Assembly: GCA_964374095.1 (NCBI GenBank)
Contig: CAYJXJ010000004.1
Location: forward strand, 1 to 62,662
Length of the DNA stretch: 62,662 nucleotides
Reading direction: 5' to 3'
Origin: an uncultured Elusimicrobia bacterium
GTDB lineage: Bacteria; Elusimicrobiota; Elusimicrobia; UBA1565; UBA9628
Numbering within the stretch: the first letter of the stretch is position 1; every line of letters begins with the position of its first letter. Positions 35,593-44,820 of this stretch are shown piece by piece. The notes beneath the pieces are model-generated. The model saw only the letters and a list, made by a program, of their open reading frames with translations. It was not told the origin of the DNA and made no database searches. The position numbers and the translations under genes were made by a program.

Positions 35593-37874
35593 TGCCATCC
35601 GGCCCGCGCCAGGTTCACTACGCCCACTCGGCGCCGGGTTCCGGGGGGGACTGGGCCGAGACCCCCTTTCAGGTCGCTCTGGGCGAGACGCGCGTTCCCA
35701 ACTGCCCGGATGCCATGCGCCACGCGCTGTTCACCATGCGGCTGGCCGTCGAGTTGGGGATCAAGCCCCCCGCCGCCCCCGCGCCGCACCCCCGGCCCTA
35801 CTCCGACGACGCCGACACCCTGCTCTTCGGCGCCCCCCTCATCAGCCTGGTGTGCGGACAGCGCGTCAAGCTCCTGCGCGGCTGGAAGCAGTTCGGCGGC
35901 TGCGTGAAGGGCTTCAACGCGCTGGGGCTTCTGGCGGAGCACGCGTGGGTGGAACTCGAAGGGCTCAAGAGGCTACCCCCCGATGCCCAACGACGGGGAC
36001 GGATTGATTTTCTCCGGTCTCGACGCAGGGACGGAAAGTCGGTTTTTACGGAACAGGAGCTTGCGGCATACCGCGAAACCGATCTAGCTTCGGTGGATTT
36101 GCTGGCGGTTTCGCTGTGGCGTTCGTTCGCTCGCCGAATGATCGTATGCTCCACCTCCTCGAACCTGGGCATTTCCCTCCACCAAGCCTTGCGCCTGATG
36201 CAGTCCAAGAGGCTTGAGGCCGGCGGCAAGACCTTCGGCATGCTCAATGCCGACGAAGGCGAGCTTCTGATATGGGTCCCCGATGAGGCCGCCGACTTCA
36301 TGAACCCGCAGAAAACCGCCGCCCTGCGGGCCCTGGAGGCCGAGAGGCCCAAGCTCACGACCCTGCGCACCTACATCAACCGCAGGCAGCGCGACCCGGG
36401 AGCGCTCAAGGACGCCCTCAACGCCGGCGGCTACTTCTTCCCCACCAACCCCCAGTCTCCCGAGGAGATGCAGAACCTGCTGGCCATGTCCCTGGCCGGC
36501 GCGGCCCGGGAGCGCAGCGCCGCTTTCGAGGAAGTCCTGCTCGATCCCAACGTCCGGCAAACGCTCGCCGGCCTGGGAGCGGCCATCGTCGGCGACAGGG
36601 TGGAGGTGCGCTGCGGCGTCGAGGGCGGGCTCTACGGCCTGGCCGTGCCCTACCTCATCATGCTCGAGGAGTCCCTGCTCTCCGGAGACACGACGGCCGT
36701 CTCCACCTGGAGCCAGACCTCCATCGGAGCGGCCCTGGCCGCCGGCGTGCTCTGCGATTCCCGCCTGAGCGGCGGCCCCGAAGCGGCGACGGATATTCAA
36801 GCCGAACTCTCACGGTTCTTCCCCCGCCTCATGTCGTTTCTCAAGCGCTCCCGCTTAGGCCGCGATCTCCGCACCCGCATCCACGGGGTCTTTGACACCG
36901 CCAACCTCCAATCCCTGGCCCAGCTCTTCGGCGTGGCCGCGACGCGTCACCTCTCGGGCCGCGGGACGGCCTTCGTGGGGCTGGGGTCGAGCTCCTACGC
37001 CAACGGCAACCTGTGCTTCGACCTCCTGCGCGCGAGCGCCGAAAGCAGCGGGGCCTTCCCGGGACCCGGCGGCCTTCATCCCGCGACCCACGCCGTCAAT
37101 CCCCTGGCCCAAGCCCTGATCTACGCCGAGGACTTGGCGCGGGCGGCGTCGGCCCCCCAGTTTTCCGGCCTGGCCGAATCCGAGCGGATCGCCTTCGTCC
37201 GACGCCACGCCGTCAAGCCCGAGCCCGCGGGGGCCGCGGCCGCGGCCGGGTACCTCCTGGCCCGTCTCGACGGGGGGACGCTGTCCTTCTTCGAGATCGC
37301 CTACGCCCTGCGTTTGGCCGGATTTACCCGGGAGACGTTTCTCGAATTCGGAGACTACGGCCGCGACGAGCTTGCCGAAAGCCGATTCGTCCAGGAGGCC
37401 ATCGAGGAGGGCGAATACATGGAGTCCTTGGCCCGCAGCCTGATGCGGTCGCTCGCCCTTGACCTCGCCGCCCTGGAAGGACGGGCCCGGGAGGAACGCG
37501 CCCGCAGCCGCCTGGCCTACCGCTGGAACTCCCTGCACGACGACGCCTTCGAACGACGCGCCCCCGTGATCAATATCTGCCTGACCGGAGACAATTGCGG
37601 CCAGCCTTCGGCGGACCTGGTCGGCAGGCTCCTCGTCGGCCTGGAGGCCAACCGGGACCGGCTGCGGCGGGCCCTGGAAGGCGACGCCGCCGCCCGTTCC
37701 CGTCAGCCGGGATTCGACGCCGTGTGGGCGGCCAAGACCGCAGCGGGTATTCTCTGCGGCGCGCTCTCGCGGGCCCACCGGGGCATCCGGCGCCTCATGC
37801 GCGGCGCCATCGAGCCGGCCATTAATCGTATGATGGTCGAACGCAACTCGCATCCGCCCCGGGAGAAATCATGA
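35592..37874 (+). CDS. 760-aa hypothetical protein, no recognisable domain
   Basis: Long frame with G/C-rich third positions, translationally coupled to the upstream genes. No TM segments or catalytic motifs recognised by eye. Confidence 0.75.
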   Translation: MPSGPRQVHYAHSAPGSGGDWAETPFQVALGETRVPNCPDAMRHALFTMRLAVELGIKPPAAPAPHPRPYSDDADTLLFGAPLISLVCGQRVKLLRGWKQFGGCVKGFNALGLLAEHAWVELEGLKRLPPDAQRRGRIDFLRSRRRDGKSVFTEQELAAYRETDLASVDLLAVSLWRSFARRMIVCSTSSNLGISLHQALRLMQSKRLEAGGKTFGMLNADEGELLIWVPDEAADFMNPQKTAALRALEAERPKLTTLRTYINRRQRDPGALKDALNAGGYFFPTNPQSPEEMQNLLAMSLAGAARERSAAFEEVLLDPNVRQTLAGLGAAIVGDRVEVRCGVEGGLYGLAVPYLIMLEESLLSGDTTAVSTWSQTSIGAALAAGVLCDSRLSGGPEAATDIQAELSRFFPRLMSFLKRSRLGRDLRTRIHGVFDTANLQSLAQLFGVAATRHLSGRGTAFVGLGSSSYANGNLCFDLLRASAESSGAFPGPGGLHPATHAVNPLAQALIYAEDLARAASAPQFSGLAESERIAFVRRHAVKPEPAGAAAAAGYLLARLDGGTLSFFEIAYALRLAGFTRETFLEFGDYGRDELAESRFVQEAIEEGEYMESLARSLMRSLALDLAALEGRAREERARSRLAYRWNSLHDDAFERRAPVINICLTGDNCGQPSADLVGRLLVGLEANRDRLRRALEGDAAARSRQPGFDAVWAAKTAAGILCGALSRAHRGIRRLMRGAIEPAINRMMVERNSHPPREKS

Positions 37875-37876
37875 GG

Positions 37877-39730
37877 TTACGATCTCGGAACCGGCGCCGT
37901 AGCCAGCGACCGCAGCCACAGCTCCAGGTTCAGGAGCTGCCAGAAAAACATCATGTGGTTGTCTTCAACCGCCCCCGAGGACACGATGCGCTCGTGTTCC
38001 GCGGCCAGGCGCCGCACCTCGTCCACGTCGTAGATGCCCCGCTCGCGAAACTCCCGCGAACCGACGAGGTCCAAGACGAGCTCCCGCCCCTTGCCCGCGA
38101 ACCACAGATGCGCCGGGGCGTTCCAGCCGGTCTTCTTGACCCGCGTCCGGGTCTCCTCCGGAAGCAGGCCCCGCATGGCCAGGCGCAGGAGGTGTTTGGT
38201 GACGCCGTCCCGGATCTTGAGGCCCGCCGGCGCCCGGAACATGAATTCCGCGAGGCGGTGGTCGAGGAAGGGGTTCACGTGCGAGAGGCCCAGGGCCTCC
38301 CCGTGCCGGTCCTGGGCGCGGAGGCAGCAGGGGAGGGTTTCCCGAAAGAGATCGTGGCAGGCTCTGTTCTTGAGGTAGCTCGAGAATGGCCGGTCCATGA
38401 CGGGCTTGAAACTCTCCAGGACGAAGTACTCGGGATGCAGGGCGGCCGCGTAGCGGCGGACCCGCCGCCAGTCCGGCAGGCAGCGGCCCGGAGAGGCCAG
38501 GTCCACCAGATCTTTAAGTCCCGCATCGCGGACCGCCGCCGACTTGCGAAAGACCGGGTGGTCGTGGCGGCGCGCCCAAGCCTCGGTCTCCGGCCCGAGC
38601 GAGGCGTCCCGCCGCGCGGCGAGGTCGGCGAAGAAGTAGAAGAAGTGCTCATACTCCCCGGCGTTGAGCTCGTCACCCCCGAGGCCGCCGAAGAGCCGTG
38701 AAAATCCGTCGCGGCGCACGTCCTCGCAGACGCGGTAGTGCGACAGCCACGTCGCCGTCGCGACGGGCTCATCATGGGCCGCGATCATGCGGCCGACCAG
38801 GGCCGCGACATCCGGCGCGCCGATGCGCACCGGGTGCCACGTCTCGACCGTCGACGCGAGCATGCTCTTGATCTCGGGCGATTCGTCGTAAGTCGCGTCC
38901 TCGTAGACGGAGGAGTAACAGTCCTGGCGGCGCCCCGAGACCTTGACCGCGCACGCCAGGACCGACGAGGAGTCCATGCCTCCCGAGAGAGTGAATGCCT
39001 GCCCCGCATCCGCCGCCAGGCGGATGCGGACCGAATCGAGCAAGAGCTCGCGGTACTGCCGCGCCAAGCCCTCCTCCGTTTCCGCGGCCTCCGGACCCTC
39101 TTCCAGGTTCCAATACCGTCCGGTCTCCACCCGTCCCTTTTTCCACCGCAGCCAGGCCCCGCCCGGCAGCTGGCCGATGTCCTCATAAGGCGAAGCCTCG
39201 GGATCGTTGTCGAAAGTCCGGTAATGGGACGCGGCGAAGAGCGCGACGAACTCCCGCCGCGGACGAGGGGTCAGCCCGGGCGCAACGAACAATCCCCTCG
39301 GCCGCGACGCAAAGCACAGGCCGCCTCGCCTTTCCGTCCAGTAGAGAGGACGCACCCCAAACCGATCCCTTCCCAGCCACAGTTCTCCGGAAGAGCCGTC
39401 GTATAAGGCGATCGCGAAATCGCCGTTGAGGGCCGCGAGCGTTCTCTCAAATCCCCGTTCGCGGTACAGGCGGGCGACCCACTCGGCGTCACCCCCGGCG
39501 CCGCCGAAATCCGTCCGATTGTAGATCGAACCGTCCATGACGACCCGGATCTCGCCCGAGCTTGCCCAGCCGGAGCCCCCGCTCCCCAGCTCGCCGACCG
39601 TCGCGCCCGCGGCCTCCAAGACCTGCGTCCGGCGCGCATCGGGCCCCGCGCTTCCGGCGCGCTGGGCTTCCAGCATGGACCCCGCGAGCGCGGCGTCCCG
39701 CTCCCCGGCGAGACCAGCGATCCTAGCCAT
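37877..39730 (-). CDS. asparagine synthetase B-family ATP-dependent amide synthetase lacking the N-terminal Cys nucleophile
   Basis: Starts MARIAG (Ala where AsnB has Cys2) with a shortened glutaminase-like region. PP-loop SGGMDSS is intact. Confidence 0.85.
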   Translation of the reverse strand: MARIAGLAGERDAALAGSMLEAQRAGSAGPDARRTQVLEAAGATVGELGSGGSGWASSGEIRVVMDGSIYNRTDFGGAGGDAEWVARLYRERGFERTLAALNGDFAIALYDGSSGELWLGRDRFGVRPLYWTERRGGLCFASRPRGLFVAPGLTPRPRREFVALFAASHYRTFDNDPEASPYEDIGQLPGGAWLRWKKGRVETGRYWNLEEGPEAAETEEGLARQYRELLLDSVRIRLAADAGQAFTLSGGMDSSSVLACAVKVSGRRQDCYSSVYEDATYDESPEIKSMLASTVETWHPVRIGAPDVAALVGRMIAAHDEPVATATWLSHYRVCEDVRRDGFSRLFGGLGGDELNAGEYEHFFYFFADLAARRDASLGPETEAWARRHDHPVFRKSAAVRDAGLKDLVDLASPGRCLPDWRRVRRYAAALHPEYFVLESFKPVMDRPFSSYLKNRACHDLFRETLPCCLRAQDRHGEALGLSHVNPFLDHRLAEFMFRAPAGLKIRDGVTKHLLRLAMRGLLPEETRTRVKKTGWNAPAHLWFAGKGRELVLDLVGSREFRERGIYDVDEVRRLAAEHERIVSSGAVEDNHMMFFWQLLNLELWLRSLATAPVPRS

Positions 39731-39736
39731 CCATCC

Positions 39737-39856
39737 TCACGATGACAGCCGAAACGGTTGGGGAGAAGAGACCTTCAGGCGCCCGAAATCGGCATGGAGC
39801 GGATTGAGCAGATAGTTGCGCTCCGTTTCAATGACCACCGAGGGGAACGCGGGCAT
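39737..39856 (-). CDS. 39-aa ORF wedged between the methyltransferase and the AsnB-like gene
   Basis: Hand translation gives MPAFPSVVIETERNYLLNPLHADFGRLKVSSPQPFRLSS. Its ATG directly follows the upstream TAG and its stop is 6 nt before the AsnB-like ATG. About 74% G/C at third positions by hand count. Confidence 0.3.
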   Translation of the reverse strand: MPAFPSVVIETERNYLLNPLHADFGRLKVSSPQPFRLSS

Positions 39857-40612
39857 CTACTTCACCGCGTGGACGATCCACATGCTTTGCATGTACTCGT
39901 CATAGCCGCGTTTTCGCGCCTCGGCCTTGGGTATCCAGTAGGTGGCCCGGCAGGGATCCACCACCGAAAAGCCCCGGAAGTGCTCCCGATACTCCTCTTT
40001 GGAGAAGAAGTGGCTCAGGCCGATGTCGGTGAGATGGAGCTTCGACGTGCCGTCCTGGAGCATCAGGGTTCCCGGGTCGGACGGGAGTTGTCCGGAGCGC
40101 CGCTTCCGATAGACCGTGTGCCCGCGGTCGAGCATGTAGCCCACGAATAGGCCTCCGGGCTTGAGCAGGCGGCGGACCTCGGCGAACGCGGCGGCTCGAT
40201 CCTCCCTGTTGAGGTGCTGGAAAACGCAGGACTCGATCACGCCGTCGAAGCTGCCGTCCTTGAAGGGCACGCGCGTCACGCTGCCCGGCACCAGGCTCCC
40301 GACGCGCCCGGAGAGGCCCGCCGCCCGGAGGTTGCGCCGGGCCAGCCCCAGCGCCGCCGCGGCGATGTCGATGCCGCTGACCTGGATTCCCTTGCGCGCG
40401 AGCCAGACGAGGTTGGGCCCGGCGCCGCAGCCCATCTCCAAGTAAGCCATGCGGCGCAGCGCCGCGGGCTTGCGGCCGCGGATATGATAGGCCACGTGCC
40501 GGATCACCGCCTCGACGGCCGAGGTATTGTAGGCCGAGGCCGCGATCTGCTCCCGGAACGACCGGTCCCAAGTCTCCTGCATCCGGCGCTGTGAGGGGGC
40601 GGGTCTATTCAT
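39857..40612 (-). CDS. class I SAM-dependent methyltransferase
   Basis: YLEMGCGAGPNL motif I, FDGVIESCVFQHL. Confidence 0.8.
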   Translation of the reverse strand: MNRPAPSQRRMQETWDRSFREQIAASAYNTSAVEAVIRHVAYHIRGRKPAALRRMAYLEMGCGAGPNLVWLARKGIQVSGIDIAAAALGLARRNLRAAGLSGRVGSLVPGSVTRVPFKDGSFDGVIESCVFQHLNREDRAAAFAEVRRLLKPGGLFVGYMLDRGHTVYRKRRSGQLPSDPGTLMLQDGTSKLHLTDIGLSHFFSKEEYREHFRGFSVVDPCRATYWIPKAEARKRGYDEYMQSMWIVHAVK

Positions 40613-41784
40613 GGAGCCATGAAGCCTCTGAGGGTGAATTTCCCGCTGGGCTCCCTCAAGCGCTCGAACTCCAGAACCCGCAGACCCGCGCGGGCGGCGA
40701 GTATGCCGTAGGACGCCGCCGAAAAGACGTGTTGGTGATCGATGAAGAACTCCTCGCGTCCCGGCCCCCCGGCCGCGGCCCCCTCGCCGTCCGGGAGCTC
40801 CACGTAGACGAAGCCCCCCCTCTTCAGATGTCCCGCGGCCTTGCCCAGCATGGGGACGGGGTTTCGGACGTGCTCGAGGACCTTGTTGAAGCTGATCGCG
40901 TCGAACCGGCCGAGATTTTTAACGCGCATAAAGTCGCCGCGCACGGCCTTGACCCCGACGGCCTCCCGCGCGTGCCGCGCCTGGCGGGGGTCGGGATCGA
41001 GCGCCGTGCCCTTCCAGCCCGCGGCCTTCATGCGGGCGAGAAAGACGCATAAGCCCGAGCCGACATCTAAGACGCTCCGCCCAGGACGCGCGCCAAGATG
41101 TCGGCGACTAAATCCGTCGACGTAGCGCACCCTGCCGACGTTATCCGACTTTCCGGCGGGCAAGGCCATGATCCGTTTGTAGCCCTTCAGGAGTCCGTCC
41201 CTTCCGTAGGTCGAGGTTACGTACTCCTCCCCATACATGTCCTCCATTTTCATGCCGTGGACCGAGATGAAATGGCCGCAGGCGTCGCATCTCAAGACTT
41301 GCCGCTTGTAATCGCCGGCCGCGGATTTAAAACGAATCTCTCCGGCCGGCGGGGAATCATACGTGAAGATCGTCTTCAAGGATTCCCCGCCACAAATGCA
41401 TCGCCGCCCTTGCCGCGGGCTGCCCATCCGTTCCAATCCTGCTAGGGCCTCGGCGTCATCCAGCCACATCAGCACGCGTTGTCCGGTCTTTCCAACGTAG
41501 TCGTCAAAAGCGTCCTCCCTCCCTTTGAGAACCGCCATTAGGAAATAGGCGCCGTTGAGGCCGCTTTTGACGAGGCAGGGACGCAAGCCCTTGCGCCCCA
41601 GCCTCGAGTTGAGCGACGGGCTTGCGTAGTAGCCCCAGGCCTTGCGGCAGAAATCGTACTCCGAGCCCTCGGCCGCGAAGGTGACCTGTTCGTCCGGCGA
41701 AAGCTCCACCCGGGCGCAGTCCTTGAGGACGATCCCCGCGAAGACTTTGAACTCTCGGGGCGGCCGCACCGGGACGAACCTCAT
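40609..41784 (-). CDS. methyltransferase with an N-terminal unknown domain and a Cys4 zinc ribbon
   Basis: CICGG...CDACGH ribbon, VLDVGSGLCVF motif I, FDAISFNKVLEHV. ATG 41784 overlaps the upstream stop (ATGA). Confidence 0.75.
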   Translation of the reverse strand: MRFVPVRPPREFKVFAGIVLKDCARVELSPDEQVTFAAEGSEYDFCRKAWGYYASPSLNSRLGRKGLRPCLVKSGLNGAYFLMAVLKGREDAFDDYVGKTGQRVLMWLDDAEALAGLERMGSPRQGRRCICGGESLKTIFTYDSPPAGEIRFKSAAGDYKRQVLRCDACGHFISVHGMKMEDMYGEEYVTSTYGRDGLLKGYKRIMALPAGKSDNVGRVRYVDGFSRRHLGARPGRSVLDVGSGLCVFLARMKAAGWKGTALDPDPRQARHAREAVGVKAVRGDFMRVKNLGRFDAISFNKVLEHVRNPVPMLGKAAGHLKRGGFVYVELPDGEGAAAGGPGREEFFIDHQHVFSAASYGILAARAGLRVLEFERLREPSGKFTLRGFMAP

Positions 41785-42959
41785 GTCCAGTTCCAGTCCG
41801 GAACGATGAAGCCGGGGATCTCCCAGTGCCCGTCGCGGCGGGCCCAAACCTTACGGCTGCGGAAGCGCTCCGCGATCCGGAAGAACTCCCGGCGCGATAT
41901 CCCCGCGAAGCCGCAGAACTTCCGGATATCGGCGTGCGGGGTCTCATCCCCGCGTTCCCGGATCGAGTCCACGGCCTTGCGGCGGGACACGCGGCCGTTT
42001 CGGATCTCCAAGGAGAGGTTGTCGAAGGTCCGCGTAAAGCCGAACTTGTACCACTTGAGCCAATGGTGGATGGAGATGAAATCGTCATCGATGTCGGCGT
42101 AGTCGTAGGCCCCGGTCTTGGGCCCCTCCGCCCGGACCTGGAAGCCGCGCGCCCGCGCGACCTTGAGGCTGGCCTTCGGGTCCCAGGGGAAGTAATGGCC
42201 CAAAAAGACCGCGGCGACCCCCGCGCGGCGCAGTTCGGCGGCGGAGGGTCCGAAGTACGGCGTCAGGTCCCGGCGCGAGAGGGCCGGCCCGACCCAGTCC
42301 TCGGCGGTCGTGCCGTGCATGACCCCGTAAGTCCGGAGCCAGCGCTCATCCAGGATGTGGCCGCGCCTCTCATCGCAGCGGCCCGCGTACTCGACCGCCG
42401 AGTTTTCCCCCCACACCACCAGGGGGATGCCCCAGCGAACCGCCAGGGTCAAGGGGATGTTGAAGAGCGCCATATGCATCGGGATGGCGGTGCTGCCGAA
42501 ACGGCGGAAGGCCTCGAGCATGAAGCGGGCCTCCACCCTCGGGTTGACCTGGAAATCGATATGGTCCACCCCGAGCCGAACGAGGTTCTCGAGGTTGCGC
42601 CGGCCGAGCTCGGTGCGCGCCGGGGTCTTCCACGTCACGGCCAGGGGATGCAGGCCGTATTCCAGGCAGCGCGCCACCTGCCACGTGCTGTCCTTGCCGC
42701 CGCTCACCGGGACAAGGGCGTCATAGCGGCGCCCCAAACCCTTGGCGCGGGCCGTCAACTGTCCAAACGCTTTTTCCCGCGCCCTCCAATCGACGCGCGG
42801 TCGGGCCGCGTGCGCATGGCAGGCGCCGCATGTCCCCTCCGCTCCCAACTTGAGCCCCGGCCTCGTGTCCGGCAGCACGCACCGGTTGCAATATTTGAAA
42901 GTCACGCCGAAACCCCGAAATCCCATCCCGCGCCTCCGCCCCCGGGGCGAGAAGGGCAA
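41781..42959 (-). CDS. N-acetyl sugar amidotransferase (WbpG/PseA-type PP-loop enzyme)
   Basis: N-terminal CNRCVLPDTRPG...CGAC zinc motif followed by the PP-loop VPVSGGKDS. ATG 42926 is an alternative start. Confidence 0.85.
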   Translation of the reverse strand: MPFSPRGRRRGMGFRGFGVTFKYCNRCVLPDTRPGLKLGAEGTCGACHAHAARPRVDWRAREKAFGQLTARAKGLGRRYDALVPVSGGKDSTWQVARCLEYGLHPLAVTWKTPARTELGRRNLENLVRLGVDHIDFQVNPRVEARFMLEAFRRFGSTAIPMHMALFNIPLTLAVRWGIPLVVWGENSAVEYAGRCDERRGHILDERWLRTYGVMHGTTAEDWVGPALSRRDLTPYFGPSAAELRRAGVAAVFLGHYFPWDPKASLKVARARGFQVRAEGPKTGAYDYADIDDDFISIHHWLKWYKFGFTRTFDNLSLEIRNGRVSRRKAVDSIRERGDETPHADIRKFCGFAGISRREFFRIAERFRSRKVWARRDGHWEIPGFIVPDWNWT

Positions 42960-42987
42960 CGGTACGCGCGTACAGTCGGAGAATGGG

Positions 42988-44817
42988 TCACGCGAACTCC
43001 TCCAAGAATAATTTGCTCGTCAGAAAATAAAACAAGAACTTGCTCTCGCTGTTGGGCAGGGCTTCCTTGTCGATCAACGCCTCGATCTTCTCCTTGCGGA
43101 GAAGATCGAATACAGGACCGTCCCGGAAGAGCTCCCGGCGCACCGCCGGGTCCTTCACGTCGAGAAAGGAGAAGATCGGGGCGTTGAACCCCACCTTGCG
43201 CCGGCTCTCAAGAACGGCATCGGGGACCAAGCCTTTCATGGCGTCGCGCAGCACGGCCTTGGCGCGCCCGTCCTGGATGAGGTGCCGCGAGGGGATGGAA
43301 TAGCAGAAGTCGAAGAGCCGGCGATCGAGGAAGGGCGACCGGTTTTCTATCGAGAAATACATCGCGTTCAGATCGTCCTCATGCAGGACCACCGGGGTGG
43401 CCTCGTGGAAGAGCTCGTTCATCATGCGGTTGCGCAGAAGGCTCGTCGTGTAGCGCTCCTCGGTGAAGGCCTCCGACCACGGCCGGGTCAGGCAGGCGGC
43501 GAACTCCGCGGCGTTGAGGTAGATGTGCTCCCGGAAGTCGCGGTTCTGGATGAAGGCGTCGGGATTTCCCAGAAAAGGGTTTCTCACGATCGGCTTGATG
43601 TGGCGCTCCCAGGCCCGGCGCGAGGCGGCGTGGAGAACCGGCTCCTCCCGGACCTCGTAGAGATAGGCCAGGTGGTGGTCGTAGTAGCCGGTGAAGAGTT
43701 CATCGGCCGCCGAGCCGCTGACCGAGATCCGGTAGCCCCCCGCGGCGACGGCCTCCATGAGCAGCCAATGGGCGTAGTAGGTGATGGTGTAGACCGGGGC
43801 GTCGTGCTGCCGGACCAGCTCCCTGAGGCGCGGGAGGAAGCCCCGGGTGTTGACCGGCACCGAGGTGTGCCGCAACCCGAGCTCCTTGACCGCGGCGTCG
43901 ACGATCCCGGACTCGCTGTAGCGCGGGTCGGTGTTGGCGATCGTAAACCCATGCACGTCGTAGCGAAACTCGCGCTTGGCGATCGAGATGAGCGCGTTGG
44001 AGTCCACCCCGCCGCTCATGCAGAAGGCCAGGGGGACGTCGGCCCGCAGCCGCAGGCGGACCGAGTCGATGATCCGCTCGCGGGCTCCGGCCACGGCCGC
44101 CTCGTAGGTCATGGACTCGTCGGGACGGAAAGCCGGGGTCCAATACCGGCGCCGGGTCTGGCGTCCCTCGGCGTCGAGCCTCAACCAGGTCGCGCCCGGC
44201 AGTTCCGTCAGGCCCCGGAAGAAGGCGTGCTCGCCCTTGTAGAGAGCCTTGTAGCCGTTGACCAGGAAGCGGCAAAGGTGGTCGAGGCTCACCTTCAGGC
44301 GGCGGCCGAGCAGCGCGGCGATGAACTTCACCTCCGAACCGAAGTAGAGCCCGGTGTCGTCGCGCAATAGCGTGAGAGGCTTTTCCCCGAAGCGGTCCCT
44401 AGAGAGAATCAGCGATCCATCGGCCTCATCGTAGAGGGCGAAGGCCCACATCCCTTCGCAGCGGTCCAAGGCCTCCAAGCCCCCGCGGGCCAAGGTCTTG
44501 ATCAGGACCTCGGTGTCGGAGGTCGTTAGGAATTTCTCGCCGCGCCCTTCCAAGTCTTGCTTGAGTTCAAGATAATTGTAGAGTTCCCCGTTATACGCCA
44601 GCCACCTCGACCCGTCACGAAAGGGCTGGTTCGATCGAGGGTCGAGGTCTAGGATGTTGAGCCGTGAATGCAGCAAATAGACGTTGCGCCCCGCGCCATT
44701 GACCCAATGACGCGCCGACTGGGTGTCAGGTCCCCTGCGGCGCATCAACCCCAGACAGGACTTTACAGCCTCCTCGCTGAGGTCTCGCGTGCCGATGTAA
44801 CCCGCTATCCCGCACAT
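42988..44817 (-). CDS. asnB: asparagine synthase (glutamine-hydrolysing) family amidotransferase
   Basis: MCGIAGY N-terminal nucleophile, NGELYN, PP-loop SGGVDSN. Confidence 0.9.
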   Translation of the reverse strand: MCGIAGYIGTRDLSEEAVKSCLGLMRRRGPDTQSARHWVNGAGRNVYLLHSRLNILDLDPRSNQPFRDGSRWLAYNGELYNYLELKQDLEGRGEKFLTTSDTEVLIKTLARGGLEALDRCEGMWAFALYDEADGSLILSRDRFGEKPLTLLRDDTGLYFGSEVKFIAALLGRRLKVSLDHLCRFLVNGYKALYKGEHAFFRGLTELPGATWLRLDAEGRQTRRRYWTPAFRPDESMTYEAAVAGARERIIDSVRLRLRADVPLAFCMSGGVDSNALISIAKREFRYDVHGFTIANTDPRYSESGIVDAAVKELGLRHTSVPVNTRGFLPRLRELVRQHDAPVYTITYYAHWLLMEAVAAGGYRISVSGSAADELFTGYYDHHLAYLYEVREEPVLHAASRRAWERHIKPIVRNPFLGNPDAFIQNRDFREHIYLNAAEFAACLTRPWSEAFTEERYTTSLLRNRMMNELFHEATPVVLHEDDLNAMYFSIENRSPFLDRRLFDFCYSIPSRHLIQDGRAKAVLRDAMKGLVPDAVLESRRKVGFNAPIFSFLDVKDPAVRRELFRDGPVFDLLRKEKIEALIDKEALPNSESKFLFYFLTSKLFLEEFA

Positions 44818-44820
44818 CGG

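Noticed and set aside
37877-39856. Lasso-peptide (or other RiPP) system: a small ORF upstream of a Cys-less asparagine-synthetase homologue.
   Set aside because: There is no B-type leader protease or RRE/PqqD gene and no ABC exporter. The 39-aa peptide has no Thr(-2)/Gly(1) junction with an acidic residue at core positions 7-9. The context is a sugar-amidation operon.
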